Source: Gammaproteobacteria bacterium (lineage in GTDB: Bacteria; Bacteroidota; Bacteroidia; Flavobacteriales_D; JABDKJ01). From it: a DNA stretch of 64,000 nt. Under the pieces are notes generated by a model. That model did not search any database and had not been told where the DNA came from. It saw only the letters and a list, made by a program, of their open reading frames with translations. This document shows positions 8,963 to 17,291 of this stretch, piece after piece. The first letter of the stretch is position 1, and each line of letters starts with the position of its first letter. The DNA is taken from positions 6,805-70,804 of the forward strand of contig JBLIMR010000006.1 in assembly GCA_047638815.1 (NCBI GenBank). The letters run 5' to 3'. Both the position numbers and the translations under genes were made by a program.

Positions 8963-10606
8963 ATGACTAAAAAAGAAGAGTTAGCGTTCAACAAAAATGA
9001 CGATAAAATGCGCCTTATGGTGTCTGCTATCCGAAGGGAAAAAGAGGAAATTCATCTTGGTGGAGGAAAGAAAAAGATTGCTAGACAACATGAAAAAGGT
9101 AAGCTAACCGCAAGAGAACGTGTAGATTACCTTCTTGACAATGATCTCCCATTCTTCGAAATAGGAACTTTTGTCGGTCAAGGCATGTATAAAGAGCACG
9201 GTGGCTGCCCTGCGGGTGGAGTGGTTATTGTTATCGGATATGTCAGTGGCAAACAAGTGATTGTAGTTGCCAATGATGCCACAGTTAAGGCTGGAGCATG
9301 GTTTCCAATTACTGGAAAGAAAAACCTCCGAGCTCAAGAAATCTCCATGGAAAACAATCTTCCAATCATCTATCTTGTTGATAGTGCTGGTGTTTTCCTT
9401 CCTATGCAGGACGAAATATTCCCAGACAAAGAACACTTCGGTAGAATTTTCAGAAACAATGCTGTAATGTCATCAATGGGCATACCACAGATATCAGCTG
9501 TTATGGGCAGTTGTGTAGCCGGAGGAGCCTATCTGCCAATCATGAGTGATGAAGCATTGATCGTAGACAAAACAGGATCTATTTTTCTGGCCGGTTCATT
9601 TCTGGTGAAAGCAGCAATTGGAGAAGATATTGATAATGAAACTTTAGGTGGTGCAACCACACATTGTGAAATATCGGGTGTGACCGATTACAAATCTGCG
9701 AACGATCAAGAAGCCTTGGACACAATTAAAGGTTTGATCGATAAGATGGGTGATAAAGGGGAGTATGCTGGTTTTGATAGGAAAGAGCCAAAGGAACCAA
9801 AATTGGATCCGAAGGAAATTATGGGAATACTTCCTATTGATAGATCTAAGCCTTATGACATGCGAGAGATCATCAAGCGATTGGTTGATGATTCTAAATT
9901 TGAAGAGTATAAAAAAGATTACGGGCAAAGTATCTTGACAGGATATGCCAGAATTGATGGATGGTCCGTGGGTATTATTGCAAACCAAAGAAAAATTGTG
10001 AAAACCAAAACTGGAGAAATGCAATTTGGTGGTGTGATTTATTCTGATTCTGCTGATAAGTCTGCGAGATTTATCATGAATTGCAATCAGAAAAATATTC
10101 CCTTGGTATTTCTGCAAGATGTAACTGGGTTTATGGTTGGATCAAGATCTGAACAGGGAGGCATCATTAAGGATGGTGCTAAAATGGTTAATGCCATGAG
10201 TAATTCAGTGGTGCCGAAATTTACAGTGATTATCGGAAATTCATATGGGGCAGGAAACTACGCCATGTGTGGTAAAGCTTATGACCCAAGATTAATTGTC
10301 GCTTGGCCAACTGCTCAGCTGGCTGTGATGGGTGGATCTCAAGCTGCCAAAACATTGATGCAGATTGAAGTCTCAGGAAGAGAGAGAAAAGGAGAGAAAT
10401 TTTCTGATAAAGAAAAAGAAGATCTGTACAATAAAATTAAGGATAGATACGATAATCAAACAAAGCCACAATATGCCGCTTCTAGACTTTGGGTGGATGA
10501 AATTATCGATCCATTGGACACAAGAAAAATATTGTCTATGGGATTGGAAATGAGTAGTAAAAAGAAAGCTGAAAAACCTTACAACGTAGGAGTGATTCAA
10601 ACGTGA
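8963..10606 (+). CDS. Acyl-CoA carboxylase carboxyltransferase (beta) subunit, methylcrotonoyl/propionyl-CoA carboxylase type
   Basis: Approx. 547 aa with GGGKKKIARQHEKGKLTARERVDYLLD, two carboxyltransferase halves, and GNSYGAGNYAMCG. The ORF track starts at TTG 8948; the ATG at 8963 is preferred. Confidence 0.85.
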   Translation: MTKKEELAFNKNDDKMRLMVSAIRREKEEIHLGGGKKKIARQHEKGKLTARERVDYLLDNDLPFFEIGTFVGQGMYKEHGGCPAGGVVIVIGYVSGKQVIVVANDATVKAGAWFPITGKKNLRAQEISMENNLPIIYLVDSAGVFLPMQDEIFPDKEHFGRIFRNNAVMSSMGIPQISAVMGSCVAGGAYLPIMSDEALIVDKTGSIFLAGSFLVKAAIGEDIDNETLGGATTHCEISGVTDYKSANDQEALDTIKGLIDKMGDKGEYAGFDRKEPKEPKLDPKEIMGILPIDRSKPYDMREIIKRLVDDSKFEEYKKDYGQSILTGYARIDGWSVGIIANQRKIVKTKTGEMQFGGVIYSDSADKSARFIMNCNQKNIPLVFLQDVTGFMVGSRSEQGGIIKDGAKMVNAMSNSVVPKFTVIIGNSYGAGNYAMCGKAYDPRLIVAWPTAQLAVMGGSQAAKTLMQIEVSGRERKGEKFSDKEKEDLYNKIKDRYDNQTKPQYAASRLWVDEIIDPLDTRKILSMGLEMSSKKKAEKPYNVGVIQT

Positions 10607-10622
10607 TAAAGAAATTTTAAAA

Positions 10623-11129
10623 ATGAATAGAGTACTTACAATTTGTAGCCTTTTACTTTTAATTGCAGGAATAATTTCCTGTGAGAAGGATTGCCCTGAA
10701 CAAGATGTTGATGATCTCAATGCGATCTATCTGGATTTTAAATTAAATGGAGATAATGCATTTACACCAGATCAACTAAATGATATTTTCATGGTGCGTT
10801 TCCAAACTGACACCTTGGATACTTTAAGTTTTCAGGCAGATACGTTCTTGTATTATCAAGAGGGATTTTATGCTGATGACTATAAAATACGAATCAGTAG
10901 AGCCCTACCTGCGTATGAGCAAATAGGTGCACCATATTATTCCGCATACAACTACAGTATACAAAGCACTACTGAAGATTTTGAGATACTAGTAACAAAC
11001 ATAAATCTTGTTGGTTCTTATGATGATGATGATTGCGTGTATACTAATACCCAAAAGTCTTATGTTATTAATGGTGATACAATTGATATTTCTGGTTCGA
11101 CAGAGTATGTTTTGATGGAGAACAATTGA
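10623..11129 (+). CDS. Hypothetical lipoprotein
   Basis: Lipobox LLLIAGIISC. No family recognised. Confidence 0.5.
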   Translation: MNRVLTICSLLLLIAGIISCEKDCPEQDVDDLNAIYLDFKLNGDNAFTPDQLNDIFMVRFQTDTLDTLSFQADTFLYYQEGFYADDYKIRISRALPAYEQIGAPYYSAYNYSIQSTTEDFEILVTNINLVGSYDDDDCVYTNTQKSYVINGDTIDISGSTEYVLMENN

Positions 11130-11268
11130 GTGTTGCGTGATGTCATGCTGAGCGAAATAGAAGCGGATATCAATATAGGTGCTAAAGATTCTATGGACAA
11201 AGAGTGAAATCCCTTGTTAAATTCCACCCCGCGCCCTTTAATTCCCTATAGAGGCCAAGGGTTTATTT

Positions 11269-11344
11269 CATTGTTGCGTGTTGCGTGTTGAAGTAAAAGA
11301 AAATCCGTTATTGCATTACAGTATTGTATCATTACAACATTAAG
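11269..11344. repeat. Intergenic repeat block (GTGTTGC heptamer tandem plus a TTATTGCATTACAG-family segment)
   Basis: CATTGTTGCGTGTTGCGTGTTGAAG at 11269-11293 echoes GTGTTGCGTG at 11130-11139. The 14-mer TTATTGCATTACAG at 11308-11321 is identical to 16425-16438 and is the reverse complement of 6034-6047. Confidence 0.8.
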
Positions 11345-11363
11345 AAATCGAATCATTATCTCA

Positions 11364-12209
11364 TTATACAGACGCATTCACCAACTCCATCAACCGAGGT
11401 GTAATCTCCTTAATATATTTCTTCTGACGATAACTTTGTACCCATCGAATACCACTCGAAGCGTTGGTTAAAAAAACCTCATCAGCAACGAGAAGATTTC
11501 TTGGTTTGAATGACGTCTCATAAACGCGATAATTATTTGCTAACGCTAAATTAATTACCTGCATTCTCATGGTTCCACCAACACAACCGTCTACCAATGG
11601 CACTGTATACAAAACGCTATTACTGACAATAAAAAGATTCGAATTTGTAGATTCAATAATCGCATCTTGATCATTCTGAACTAGAACATCATCCATTCCA
11701 GTGTTCTCTGAAAAAATGGAAGCCATGATGTATAATTCACAATTAAGCGTTTTATAATTAGAAGTTGGTGTTATCTGTTTTACCCGTTCTTTGTAGACAT
11801 CAATATTTAAACCAACTTCATTTAACTCAAAGTAATTTTGCTCTACTGGCATAACCTGTATGAGATAGTTAAATCCAACTTCATTTTTTGGTCGATAATA
11901 ACCTCCAGAATCTCGTGTTACTGTCAATCGACAACGACCACCTTCTTTGATATTATTGAGCTCAATCAAACTCTGAATTTCGTTTAGTAATCTACCGAAA
12001 TCAAAATCAGCGGCATATTTTATTTTCAGAGATCTAAGGCCTAATTTTAATCTATTAAGGTGAGCATCGAAAAAACAGACATTACCATTAATGATGCGAA
12101 TGGTTTCGAAAAGGCCATCTCCAAATTGATATCCTCTATCTCCCGCAGGAATACCATTTGCTGATCCCTCCAAAAGCTCTCCATTATATATCAGCTTCTC
12201 ATTCGACAT
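11364..12209 (-). CDS. Class IV (fold type IV) aminotransferase / aminodeoxychorismate lyase family
   Basis: DRGYQFGDGLFETIR N-terminal motif and overall length typical of the IlvE/PabC/Dat family. Substrate cannot be assigned. Confidence 0.8.
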   Translation of the reverse strand: MSNEKLIYNGELLEGSANGIPAGDRGYQFGDGLFETIRIINGNVCFFDAHLNRLKLGLRSLKIKYAADFDFGRLLNEIQSLIELNNIKEGGRCRLTVTRDSGGYYRPKNEVGFNYLIQVMPVEQNYFELNEVGLNIDVYKERVKQITPTSNYKTLNCELYIMASIFSENTGMDDVLVQNDQDAIIESTNSNLFIVSNSVLYTVPLVDGCVGGTMRMQVINLALANNYRVYETSFKPRNLLVADEVFLTNASSGIRWVQSYRQKKYIKEITPRLMELVNASV

Positions 12210-12690
12210 TTAATAATCTATTTTTCCATTCAACAACTGGTGCGTTTGCTTTTATCAAAATTCCCTGTACATCAACTTTTTCTGCAGCATCAATATCTCT
12301 TTGGCTATCGCCAATCATCCAAGATTGTGAAACATCAACATTAAACTTATGTATGGCACGTTCAAAAAGTATTGATTCGGGTTTACGGCTTAGTGATTTT
12401 GAATAATCGTGATGGTCAGGACTAAAATAAGTTTTTAAGATGGTAATCCCTTCTTCCTTAAAACGATTAATCATCCAAGCGTTAAGTGCTCGAAATTCCA
12501 TAAGGGAATATCTGCCTTTAGCCACTCCCCCTTGATTTGTAATCACTATAAATTCATATCCATGTTCCACAAGCTCATGTAAGGTATCAAAAAGACCAGG
12601 AATAAAAACGAAGTCTTCAATTTTATACGTGTAATCCCCTCGCTCATGGTTTATGACACCATCACGATCCAGAAAAATAATTTTTTTCAT
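12199..12690 (-). CDS. HAD-IIIA family phosphatase (D,D-heptose 1,7-bisphosphate phosphatase / HisB-N like)
   Basis: IFLDRDGVIN motif I, ITNQGGVAKG motif II, MIGDSQRDIDAA motif III/IV. Confidence 0.8.
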   Translation of the reverse strand: MKKIIFLDRDGVINHERGDYTYKIEDFVFIPGLFDTLHELVEHGYEFIVITNQGGVAKGRYSLMEFRALNAWMINRFKEEGITILKTYFSPDHHDYSKSLSRKPESILFERAIHKFNVDVSQSWMIGDSQRDIDAAEKVDVQGILIKANAPVVEWKNRLLNVE

Positions 12691-13340
12691 TATGTTAAAA
12701 AGCTAGAGATATAAAACTTTATGTCAAGATAACATTCGATAAGATAGTTGTAGTCAATGACCAGCATAAACAGAATTCCATAAATGGCTCCATAAAAATG
12801 GGCATCATGGGCTATATTACCTTTACTTCTTTTGTCCATACTGTATTCGTACCAGAGATATAGCACCCCGAATAAGAAGGCAGGCAAACCAATCATAAAA
12901 TATAGGTAGATAGAGTGTGTCGGTCGCATTATAATGAACGCATATAGGACCGCTGCTACAGCTCCTGAAGCCCCTAAAGAATTGTATCTTATGTTGTCTT
13001 TATGTTTTACCAAGGCCGAAGAGGAAGCAAATGCAATTCCACCAACATACAGTAATACAAAACTTATTCTGCCACTAAACGGAAAGGCATTTGTGAGTTC
13101 CGCTTCCACAAATTGACCGAAAATATATAGCACCCACATATTTACTAGAAGGTGCATCCATCCACTATGGATAAAAGCGTGACTAAATAGTCTGTAATAC
13201 TGTCTTTCGTGATGAAAGAGATAAGAATTGAACAGTAACTTTTCCTTAAACGATCTATTCTTGAATCCCACCACGGAGATCAAAACTGTAATTGCAACAA
13301 GGATTAGTGTAATCGATATCTCCATATTTACCAGCCTCAA
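12690..13340 (-). CDS. Rhomboid family intramembrane serine protease
   Basis: HSGWMHLLVNMW (HxxxN), GASGAVAAVL (catalytic Ser), AHDAHFYGAIYG (catalytic His region), multiple TM helices. Confidence 0.85.
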   Translation of the reverse strand: MRLVNMEISITLILVAITVLISVVGFKNRSFKEKLLFNSYLFHHERQYYRLFSHAFIHSGWMHLLVNMWVLYIFGQFVEAELTNAFPFSGRISFVLLYVGGIAFASSSALVKHKDNIRYNSLGASGAVAAVLYAFIIMRPTHSIYLYFMIGLPAFLFGVLYLWYEYSMDKRSKGNIAHDAHFYGAIYGILFMLVIDYNYLIECYLDIKFYISSFLT

Positions 13341-14215
13341 ACTTTGATAAGGCTCATTCTCAACGCACCAACGGCATCATTTATTTCTTCAAGATTGTCT
13401 TTAATCTCAAGAATGTCTCCTTTCAATATCATTTTCACCATGGGATCCAATTTTTCCAAATCTGCTAATCGATCTGAGCATGGTTGATAATCCTTAAAAT
13501 GTGCTAAAATTTTCTTTATCCGATCATAGCTCTTCAAATGATTGAGAAGTTCATTTCCTATTATTTCATTTGGCCATGCACTATTTGCCAAATTAAAATT
13601 AATGAAAATTCCCTCGATATAAGAACCCGATAGAATAAGCGCCACAATCTGCGCTCTGGCATCGCTATCAATTTTTTCCTCCGCTTCTTTGACCAACAGC
13701 TCTAAGAAGTCAATCTTCTCGCTCTGACTCAAAAGACCATCCGACAATAGAACATCAAATTTTCTACGGTCAAAAGCATTTTCTACATCCAATTTTTCAG
13801 CCAAATAAAATATAGCATCCAAATATGTATCTCGTGCTTGATCTTGCTCATAGGCGAATAGATAATTAAGATCTGCTATATAAACACCTATATTGGTTGC
13901 CATTTCCAATGAGTTAATATAGTTTTTGCTGTTCAGTGGACTGTTGAGTAACATGTTATTAAAGGGCACATCCTGGTCTCTAATTAATTTATTGAGTATG
14001 CTAGACTCCACAATCTGTGAACGAATCAAGGAAACTTCTTCGTTAAAAACATAGGAATTATCAGACGCTGTCTGCATGCTTTTCTTAGTGTCCATCTCAC
14101 TCGCACAGCCTTGAAAAATGATGAGTGACAGGAATATTATTGCGAGAACATAGAAGGAATTATTTGTTCTCAAGAAATTATAATTTCTAAAAAGGTGTTT
14201 CATATTTACCAGCAA
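13337..14215 (-). CDS. Hypothetical lipoprotein
   Basis: Lipobox SLIIFQGC. First gene of a tightly overlapped four-gene minus-strand string (13337-14215, 12690-13340, 12199-12690, 11364-12209). The real start is probably the internal ATG at 14203. Confidence 0.5.
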   Translation of the reverse strand: MLVNMKHLFRNYNFLRTNNSFYVLAIIFLSLIIFQGCASEMDTKKSMQTASDNSYVFNEEVSLIRSQIVESSILNKLIRDQDVPFNNMLLNSPLNSKNYINSLEMATNIGVYIADLNYLFAYEQDQARDTYLDAIFYLAEKLDVENAFDRRKFDVLLSDGLLSQSEKIDFLELLVKEAEEKIDSDARAQIVALILSGSYIEGIFINFNLANSAWPNEIIGNELLNHLKSYDRIKKILAHFKDYQPCSDRLADLEKLDPMVKMILKGDILEIKDNLEEINDAVGALRMSLIKV

Positions 14216-14511
14216 CAGTTAATAAGCTAAAGTATATTTTTAATCCTTACCAAGCTAACCTGGTACGGTTCAACAATAAAATTGAAATGTGGATAGATTG
14301 ACGATGTGAAAAATGAACCTGAGAAGCTCAAAGTTTGGTTTAAAGCATCATAATTTGACTCTATCGCGCTTGGGTATCCGACCTATTGATCGAATGTTCT
14401 AATTTAGCATGAGCCAAGGAGGTCTTGTCTGTAACTATCTGATCAGATTAGCTCCGCTGATCCCTAGTGCGAGGAACCTACATATAGCCAGCTATTTCCG
14501 CGAAATATCTT

Positions 14512-14573
14512 GGCTTTTTTTATGAGATATTTTTACTCACGCGAACTTGGCAAAATATCTCATAAAAAAAGCC
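14512..14573. repeat. Perfect 22-bp inverted repeat (hairpin) with 18-nt loop
   Basis: GGCTTTTTTTATGAGATATTTT (14512-14533) pairs perfectly with AAAATATCTCATAAAAAAAGCC (14552-14573). A second small hairpin GAAATC/GATTTC follows. Confidence 0.9.
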
Positions 14574-14599
14574 CGAAATCTTTTGGATTTCAGGCTAAA

Positions 14600-14617
14600 T
14601 GCCGAGAGAGGGGGATT
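14600..14617 (-). repeat. Partial direct copy of the tRNA-Ser 3' end
   Basis: TGCCGAGAGAGGGGGATT at 14600-14617 versus TGCGGAGAGAGGGGGATT at 14768-14785 (17 of 18 identical, same orientation). Confidence 0.8.
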
Positions 14618-14730
14618 ATTAAAGAATGATCCCTGAATGGGGAGCTGCAATAGACATTGAAATCGCTTCGCTCTTTTTTTCATTTCAAACATTTTCAAAT
14701 TGAGAGATCTCATTTAAAAATGTTTGAAAC

Positions 14731-14757
14731 AAAAAAACCCAGCCAATGGCTGGGTTT
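14731..14757 (-). terminator. Intrinsic terminator downstream of tRNA-Ser
   Basis: On the minus strand, AAACCCAGCC-ATT-GGCTGGG followed by TTTTTTT, starting 13 nt after the tRNA 3' end. Confidence 0.75.
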
Positions 14758-14769
14758 CAATGTATATTG

Positions 14770-14856
14770 CGGAGAGAGGGGGATTCGAACCCCCGGAACA
14801 GTTTCCCGTTCACATGTTTAGCAAACATGCGGTTTAAGCCACTCACCCACCTCTCC
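14770..14856 (-). tRNA. tRNA-Ser (anticodon GCU)
   Basis: Minus-strand read GGAGAGGTGGGTGAGTGGCTTAAACCGCATGTTTGCTAAACATGTGAACGGGAAACTGTTCCGGGGGTTCGAATCCCCCTCTCTCCG. It has a 7-bp acceptor stem, anticodon stem CATGT/ACATG with loop TTGCTAA, a long variable arm, and T-arm GGGGG-TTCGAAT-CCCCC. CCA is not encoded. Confidence 0.92.
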
Positions 14857-15065
14857 ATGGCAGCAAGCTGCATTTTGTGAGGCGCAAAGTTAATATTGTT
14901 CCTCGAATAATCAACAAAAATATTGATGTAGGATAATCTAATCTTGTAAGCTCCCAAGATTAGAACTTAGAACTGTGAAAAGTTATGCATGTATTGTACC
15001 TTTGCACCGCATTTTCACCACATAATTAGTGGGATGGAATTCTAACTAAAATCGAGAGTAAAAAA

Positions 15066-16241
15066 ATGAAAGACGTATATATAGTAGCCGCAAAAAGAAC
15101 ACCAATGGGCAGTTTTGGTGGAGGATTATCTTCTGTACCTGCAACAAAATTAGGTGCAACAGCTATAAAAGGAGCATTAAGTGCTGCCGGAATGGACGCA
15201 TCAGAAGTGCAAGAAGTGTTTATGGGAAATGTTCTTCAAGCGAATTTAGGCCAAGCACCAGCACGTCAAGCGGCTATGAATGCTGGTATCAGTGAAAATG
15301 TGCCGTGTACAACAATCAATAAAGTATGTGCATCTGGTATGAAAGCCCTTAGCCTTGCGGCTCAGAGTATACGTTGTGGAGACAACGATGTTGTTGTAGC
15401 TGGCGGCATGGAAAATATGTCAAGTGTCCCTCACTATTTTAATGCGAGAAATGCAACCAAACTAGGAGATACTAAAATGATTGATGGCCTTGTGAAAGAT
15501 GGCCTTACCGATGTATACGGAGCCGTGCATATGGGCGTTTGTGCCGACAAGTGTGCAACTGAACACAACATTACTAGAGAAGATCAAGATAATTTTGCCA
15601 TAGAATCATATAACAGATCGGCAGCGGCATGGGATGCTGGAAAATTCAATGATGAAATTGTTGCTGTAGAGGTTCCTCAAAGAAAAGGGGATCCAATAAT
15701 CGTTGATCGCGATGAGGAATACAGCAATGTTCGATTCGAAAAAATTCCAACACTCAGAGCAGTTTTCACTAAAGATGGAACTGTAACTGCCGCAAATGCT
15801 TCTTCGCTGAACGATGGCGCTTCAGCACTTGTCCTTGTTAGCAAAGAAAAAATGGAAGAACTAGGTTTGAAGCCATTGGCAAAGATTGTTTCTTCTGCAG
15901 ATGCGGCTCACCAACCTGAATGGTTTACTACTGCACCTTCAAAGGCTGTGCCTATCGCCCTGGAGAGAGCAAATATGAAAGCTGAAGACATTGATTTTTG
16001 GGAACTAAACGAAGCTTTTTCTGTCGTTGGAATTGTAAATACTAAATTGCTTAAACTCGATCCAAGCAAAGTTGATGTAAATGGAGGGGCTGTTTCACTT
16101 GGTCATCCACTAGGAAGCAGTGGATCTAGAATTATCGTGACACTTATTAATGTTCTAAAACAAAACAATGGAAAGTTTGGAGCTGCAGGAATTTGCAATG
16201 GTGGCGGTGGAGCTTCTGCGATGGTGATAGAGAATGTTTAA
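15066..16241 (+). CDS. Acetyl-CoA C-acetyltransferase (thiolase II)
   Basis: Active-site Cys box NKVCASGMKA, NEAFSVV, GGAVSLGHPLGSSG, and C-terminal CNGGGGASAMVIE. Confidence 0.92.
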   Translation: MKDVYIVAAKRTPMGSFGGGLSSVPATKLGATAIKGALSAAGMDASEVQEVFMGNVLQANLGQAPARQAAMNAGISENVPCTTINKVCASGMKALSLAAQSIRCGDNDVVVAGGMENMSSVPHYFNARNATKLGDTKMIDGLVKDGLTDVYGAVHMGVCADKCATEHNITREDQDNFAIESYNRSAAAWDAGKFNDEIVAVEVPQRKGDPIIVDRDEEYSNVRFEKIPTLRAVFTKDGTVTAANASSLNDGASALVLVSKEKMEELGLKPLAKIVSSADAAHQPEWFTTAPSKAVPIALERANMKAEDIDFWELNEAFSVVGIVNTKLLKLDPSKVDVNGGAVSLGHPLGSSGSRIIVTLINVLKQNNGKFGAAGICNGGGGASAMVIENV

Positions 16242-16244
16242 TTA

Positions 16245-16359
16245 GGGGTCAGGGAGTCAGGAGTCAGGAGTCAGGGAGTCAGGGGTCAGGAGTCAGGGGT
16301 CAGGAGTCAGGGAGTCAGGGAGTCAGGGAGTCAGGGAGTCAGGGAGTCAGGGAGTCAGG
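16245..16359. repeat. Microsatellite: 15 tandem units with a GTCAG core (7-8 bp period)
   Basis: GGGGTCAG GGAGTCAG GAGTCAG GAGTCAG GGAGTCAG GGGTCAG GAGTCAG GGGTCAG GAGTCAG, then six perfect GGAGTCAG. It begins 4 nt after the thiolase stop codon. Confidence 0.95.
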
Positions 16360-16420
16360 TAAAATAAATCGTCTGGACGGTATATTACGGAATTAACGCA
16401 TTCTTTGACCTAAACATTTC

Positions 16421-16510
16421 AACATTATTGCATTACAGCATTGAAGCATTGAAGCATTATTAAATTATCGCATTGAAGCATTAAGTGATTGAATAATTGT
16501 ATCATTGAAC
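16421..16510. repeat. Gene-less copy of the GCATTGAA/GCATTA repeat block
   Basis: AACATTATTGCATTACAGCATTGAAGCATTGAAGCATTATTAAATTATCGCATTGAAGCATTAAG... It shares an exact 20-mer with 6567-6586, an exact 18-mer (inverted) with 6030-6047, and an exact 14-mer with 11308-11321. Confidence 0.9.
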
Positions 16511-16535
16511 CAATAATAAAATATAAAACCAAGAA

Positions 16536-17282
16536 ATGACAGGTGTTGTAGGATTAACGTTGGTTCCAGGAAGAAAGGAACCTAATGATCGCTCTGAAAT
16601 GATTACGCAATTGCTATTTGGGGAAGAGTATGAGGTTCTTGAAGAACAGGAAAAATGGATACGGATAAAAGGCCTTTCGGATGATTACGAATGTTGGATA
16701 GATCGCAAACAATTCCTCGAAAGCCCGCATTCTGAAGCCGTGCTGACAACTTCTACAATCGGAGATTATTGGCTCAATACAGATACACAACAAACTATTT
16801 CACTTTCTCCAGGCAGTATCATTCGTGAAGAACCGTCTTTTCATTCAAGTTTTACGGGTGAAATAGAATTAAACATGGAACAAGACGAAGAATTAGACAT
16901 TCGTTCTGTCATTCACCAATATATTAACACTCCCTACCTCTGGGGTGGTAAAACGGAACTCGGCATTGACTGTTCTGGATTTACTCAAGTTGTTATGAGA
17001 GCGTTGAATGTACCTCTACCGCGGGATGCTTACCAACAAGAAAATGAAGGAACCATCATCGAACATTTAGAGCTTGCTGGCCTCGGTGATCTTGGCTTCT
17101 TCTGTGCATGCTCGGATAAATCTGATAATCCTAAAGTAACACACGTTGGCGTCATTTTGGAAGATCAATATATCATCCACGCCTCAGGGTGGGTTCGCTT
17201 AGATCGAATTGATGAAGAAGGAATATTCAATGAGGAGCTGCAGGACTACAGTCATAAATTGATCTCTATAAAGCGGTATTAA
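16536..17282 (+). CDS. NlpC/P60 (C40) family peptidase with N-terminal SH3-like domain
   Basis: GIDCSGFTQVV (catalytic Cys), THVGVIL...HAS (catalytic His), and an SH3b-like N-terminus (SEMITQLLFGEEYEVLE). Confidence 0.85.
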   Translation: MTGVVGLTLVPGRKEPNDRSEMITQLLFGEEYEVLEEQEKWIRIKGLSDDYECWIDRKQFLESPHSEAVLTTSTIGDYWLNTDTQQTISLSPGSIIREEPSFHSSFTGEIELNMEQDEELDIRSVIHQYINTPYLWGGKTELGIDCSGFTQVVMRALNVPLPRDAYQQENEGTIIEHLELAGLGDLGFFCACSDKSDNPKVTHVGVILEDQYIIHASGWVRLDRIDEEGIFNEELQDYSHKLISIKRY

Positions 17283-17291
17283 CGCTCTATT

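Noticed and set aside
9644-10117. 157-aa antisense ORF inside the carboxyltransferase gene (also 10373-10720)
   Set aside because: It is nested antisense to a highly conserved enzyme gene and no family was recognised.
12158-12406. 82-aa plus-strand ORF spanning the aminotransferase/HAD phosphatase junction
   Set aside because: It is antisense to two overlapping, well-supported minus-strand genes.
14330-14440. Possible remnant of a tyrosine integrase C-terminus (minus-strand reading ...TSLAHAKLEHSINRS...) next to the tRNA
   Set aside because: The resemblance to the LGHxxxxTTxxYxH box is weak and has no Tyr. The frame is broken by stops within about 30 codons. It is mentioned only because of the nearby tRNA fragment duplicate.
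14757-14957. 66-aa minus-strand ORF
   Set aside because: It overlaps the tRNA-Ser gene almost entirely and is an artefact of translating a structural RNA.
16245-16359. Possible CRISPR array
   Set aside because: The units are 7-8 bp and contiguous, with no spacers, and there are no cas genes in the window. It is a microsatellite, not a CRISPR.
16193-16396. 67-aa plus-strand ORF translating to SGSQGSGVRGQESGSQGVRESGSQ...
   Set aside because: It is simply the reading of the GGAGTCAG microsatellite. It starts inside the thiolase gene and has no independent coding signal.
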